From Klebsormidium nitens (Eukaryota; Plantae; Klebsormidiophyceae): DNA of 64,000 nucleotides. Under the pieces are notes generated by a model. The model was given only the letters and a program-made list of their open reading frames with translations, did no database searches and was not told where the DNA came from. Each line of letters begins with the position of its first letter. The first letter of the stretch is position 1. The position numbers and the translations under genes were made by a program. Location: the NCBI GenBank assembly GCA_000708835.1, contig DF236997.1, positions 217,608 to 281,607 on the forward strand, given 5' to 3'. Below are positions 61,053 through 64,000 of the stretch, piece by piece.

Positions 61053-62204
61053 TTCTTTTATAAGGCCGTAGCGGTTAAGCCATGGACCTGAAACACTGAA
61101 CAAACGGTTCGATGAGTTTGGGCGTTAGATTCGACGAGCTACCTACATACTACTCTACACTCCTACTGCTGTATTGCTACATATGCACTGCTATCGAATT
61201 CTGCCAGCAGGTTATGCGACCGTTATGAGTTATCGACGTCTTGCAGTTAGCGAGAACCGTGGTCTGGTAACGGCGTCTCTTAGTCGACGGACGTCTTCGG
61301 CTTGTTGTACCCAGGGAACATCTCTTGTTGGCATGCAGTGGCAGTCGTTGTAGCACAGACAGGGGAGGTGGTTGTAGAGCTCGTCTTCGGCCCAATTTTG
61401 AACACTCATCATACCGATTGCTCAGCCAAGCCGGATTGGAGCACTTGAGCCATGATACGTTCTTCCCTCTGAGGGCCATGGGCCAACAACTTTCAAGGAA
61501 GGTTGCAGATGAGGGACAAACTCATGTATTCATGGTACGCGGCTACCAATCGGGCGAAAGGGTTTTCGGAAACATCTCCGACTACCGCAATGATCATGCA
61601 CAATGTAGCTTCGACATGCTCAGTGGTGCTATGCAGAGGGCCATTAAAAACCCTTTCCCAATACGCCCTGTTTTATTGCGATCGGTTTTTAGGGAAAGGG
61701 AAAAGGTACCTCAGGATGAACTCCTGTGCATGTGATGTTCCACCAAGAAACCATGCGGGTCTTGAAGCTGCAGTGATTTATGCAGTACGGGGAGTCCGTT
61801 TAGCAACATGATTGAAAGTTGCTTAGAGCCTCTTTGACCATGCGGCCGAATACAATCGCATAAATTGTATAAGGCTATCCGATCTAAAAACAAAGGCCGA
61901 AATGACACGTATGGAATTTAGACTTGGGTCTGCCACAATGGCGTGAAGTTTGAACGGAGGAGCGGAGTGTTGTATATAGCGAAAATAGGACGTGTCAAGC
62001 TATGAAAGCATAACCTGAACTAGTTTGCCGTGCGCCACTCGGCTATTGCTGACCTCATAGGGTCAAGCTAGACGCCTGCCGTCCTAGCCCTTGACACGTT
62101 CAATCTAGGTTAACTGGCTAGGTCCAGAAGTACCTCAACTCGTCTAAGAAGCAACACGCGTTAATACCGAATTCCCGGCGGTCCCTACCTAGGGCGCTGG
62201 ATGT

Positions 62205-64000
62205 TTACTTTTTCTTGCCCCCCCATGTCCAGTCCGTGACCTCAAGCCCTGCCGCCCTCAGTGGAATTTCGTACAGGAAGGCGTTGCGCATAAAGTGCGT
62301 CTTTTGTACCGGGTTGACCATCACCAGACGCCAGGTCCTGCACTTTGTTCCAGGACCATTGACGGCAATGCACTCACGGATATGGCTGCCGCCAAGCTGG
62401 CACAAGGTCTTGTCGATGCCCGAATCAACCAACGCCACTAGAAGAGCCGACTGAGTGGGGATGAAGTCGTCTTTGTCTGCTCCGGACACGCACACCAGAA
62501 GCTTCTCGTCGGTGACGGGCTGGCGGCCTGTAAGATGGCAAAGATTTGACTGAGAGGCCAGAACATGATTGTGTTGGGCAGGTTTCGGTTTGCAGCAAAG
62601 CCTGGATGAGCAGTAGCAATGGGGCCTCCTTCAAATAGGCGGGTCTATTAACCGGCAAGAGACCCACACCTAACCCGCAGACCTAACCCCCGTCAATTTA
62701 AGCATGTCCCTGCTATCAAGCGAACAAGAGCTAACCCGTTTTCAGAATGGCTGCTAACCCCGGTAGAACGACAGCTACCCTGGCGCAGAATAGCGGCTAA
62801 CTGTATGCGGTTTGGCGCTTAACCCGCTGCAGAACGACATGCAGACCAGCGGCTAACCCGCTGCAGTACGCGCTTAACCCGCTGCAGAACGGCACTTAAA
62901 CCAACGGCTGACCCGCTGCGGTACGCGCTTACTAACCCGGTGCAGAACGGCATCTAAACCAGCTGCTAACCCGCTGTAGTTTGGCGCGTAACCCGCTGCA
63001 GAACGGCAGCTAACCTAGCTGCAGTCCCACACTTTATGCACCGCCAAACGGCGGCAGACTCCTCATTGAGTGGCCCCTAACGCAGCGGCAAACCAGCGGC
63101 AGACCCGCTGGTGCTTAACTTGATTGCAGATCGGCAACTGACTGCCCGCTAACCCGCGACACTTTAGCGTTAACCCATTGTTGTGTTGCCGTAGGTTCAA
63201 GTGGCAAAGTTGCGTAAGTCGAGCAAGAATAGGATGGTTGCGTTACCTGGGTCGATTGGAGCGCTCACAGCCACTGGCCCGGGTGCCAGCAAATTCGTGG
63301 GGCGCGGTACTTTTGCCGGTCGGGGCGCATGAGGAGCCGCGGGCGGTGCATCAAAAGCGCGCTTGCCCGCAGTCTGGCCGTTGAGGCCCGCATGCATGAG
63401 GCGTGCAAGAGCGCCGCCGGGAGCTGTTGTCTCCTTGTGAACGACCTTTTGCGCCGGAGCGGGCTGAGGCTTGCGCGCAACTTGCGGCGGCACCGAGAAG
63501 CGCTCCTCCAACCTGGGGAGACAACACGAACTCATGATGAGAATAGACTTTGGATGATCTTATGAGACTCTCAGTAGCGTTCATCAGCTCTTTGCATAAC
63601 TGTGGTCGATTGAGCACTTGGTATCAAGTACTATAATTTCATCGATCATTGTGCCACATATTTGGATCCGATCACAGGCTTGCAAGTGCTTAGCCACGAT
63701 AGAAGACATGTTTTTAGAAGTGCTTGTCCAGAAGGAAAGTATCTAGCGCAAAGATAGAACAGAATTTACCATTAAGCATTGTTGACCAGGACCTGATTCT
63801 CGTGAGACATTGGCAAAGTTGCATTACCGTCTGGACAGGGAGCCTCACCTCTCATATGAGGATGCGCTGCCCCGAGAGGATCTCCTGCTGTGTTGCCAAC
63901 ACCAGGCCGAGCTGCTCCTCAATGCGGGTAAGGCGATCTGGCATGCCAGTCAACTGAGCCTCAATAAAGGCAGCTAGTCTCTCTAAACCAGCTGGCGTCG
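62205..64000 (-). pseudogene. 5'-truncated spliced gene or pseudogene: coiled coil + Pro/Ala linker + C-terminal domain resembling a LINE ORF1p RRM; apparent 1-bp frameshift at ~63854
   Basis: Exons >=64000-63849, 63512-63247, 62527-62205. The last two join in phase (DPG|RQPV). The upstream heptad-like frame ..RLTRIEEQLGLVLATQQEILSGQRILI joins only if one base near 63854 is removed. The family resemblance is from memory only. Confidence 0.5.
62670..63177 (+). repeat. Intronic minisatellite of TAACCCGCTGCAG-like motifs with a ~56-bp higher-order unit
   Basis: More than 10 variants of ctaacccgctgcag. The unit gcgcttaacccgctgcagaacggca...ggctaacccgctgcagtac recurs about 4 times between 62813 and 63020. 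Confidence 0.85.

Noticed and set aside
60500-61910. Possible ORF2 (endonuclease/RT) downstream of the ORF1p-like gene
   Set aside because: No long minus-strand ORF and no endonuclease or YADD-type motifs.
62670-63177. CRISPR array or true telomeric tract
   Set aside because: Repeats are degenerate with non-unique spacers, there are no cas genes, and the context is a eukaryotic intron. The TAACCC cores are not contiguous telomere repeats.

Overview
Eukaryotic nuclear scaffold segment, intron-rich with GT-AG introns and two N-gaps. Plastid SecA1, a DRM1/ARP-family gene and an R2R3-MYB point to a streptophyte; a Klebsormidium-like alga is my inference, not something the sequence proves. By hand-splicing I reconstructed eight protein-coding genes plus one partial gene. 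(1) A 17-exon, ~1251-aa predicted secreted protein with a bacterial architecture: signal peptide-ThuA-PQQ sugar dehydrogenase (GSDH)-PKD-CBM6. Its CBM6 appears split by a circularly permuted F5/8-type-C (CBM32-like) module. (2) A Cys-type glutathione transferase. (3) A divergent R2R3-MYB. (4) Chloroplast SecA1. (5) A DRM1/ARP dormancy/auxin-repressed protein. (6) A UBZ4 zinc finger + histidine phosphatase fusion. (7) Mitochondrial processing peptidase beta. (8) A PP2C phosphatase. (9) A 5'-truncated, intron-containing coiled-coil + LINE-ORF1p-like gene with an apparent frameshift. Non-coding structure includes a Tc1/mariner-type MITE, a 92-bp palindrome, a 445-bp foldback next to a gap, a TAACCC-core minisatellite, and repeated tandem duplications that copy exon/intron junctions into introns. 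I saw no rRNA, tRNA or CRISPR array. Domain calls rest on remembered motifs only; no searches were run.
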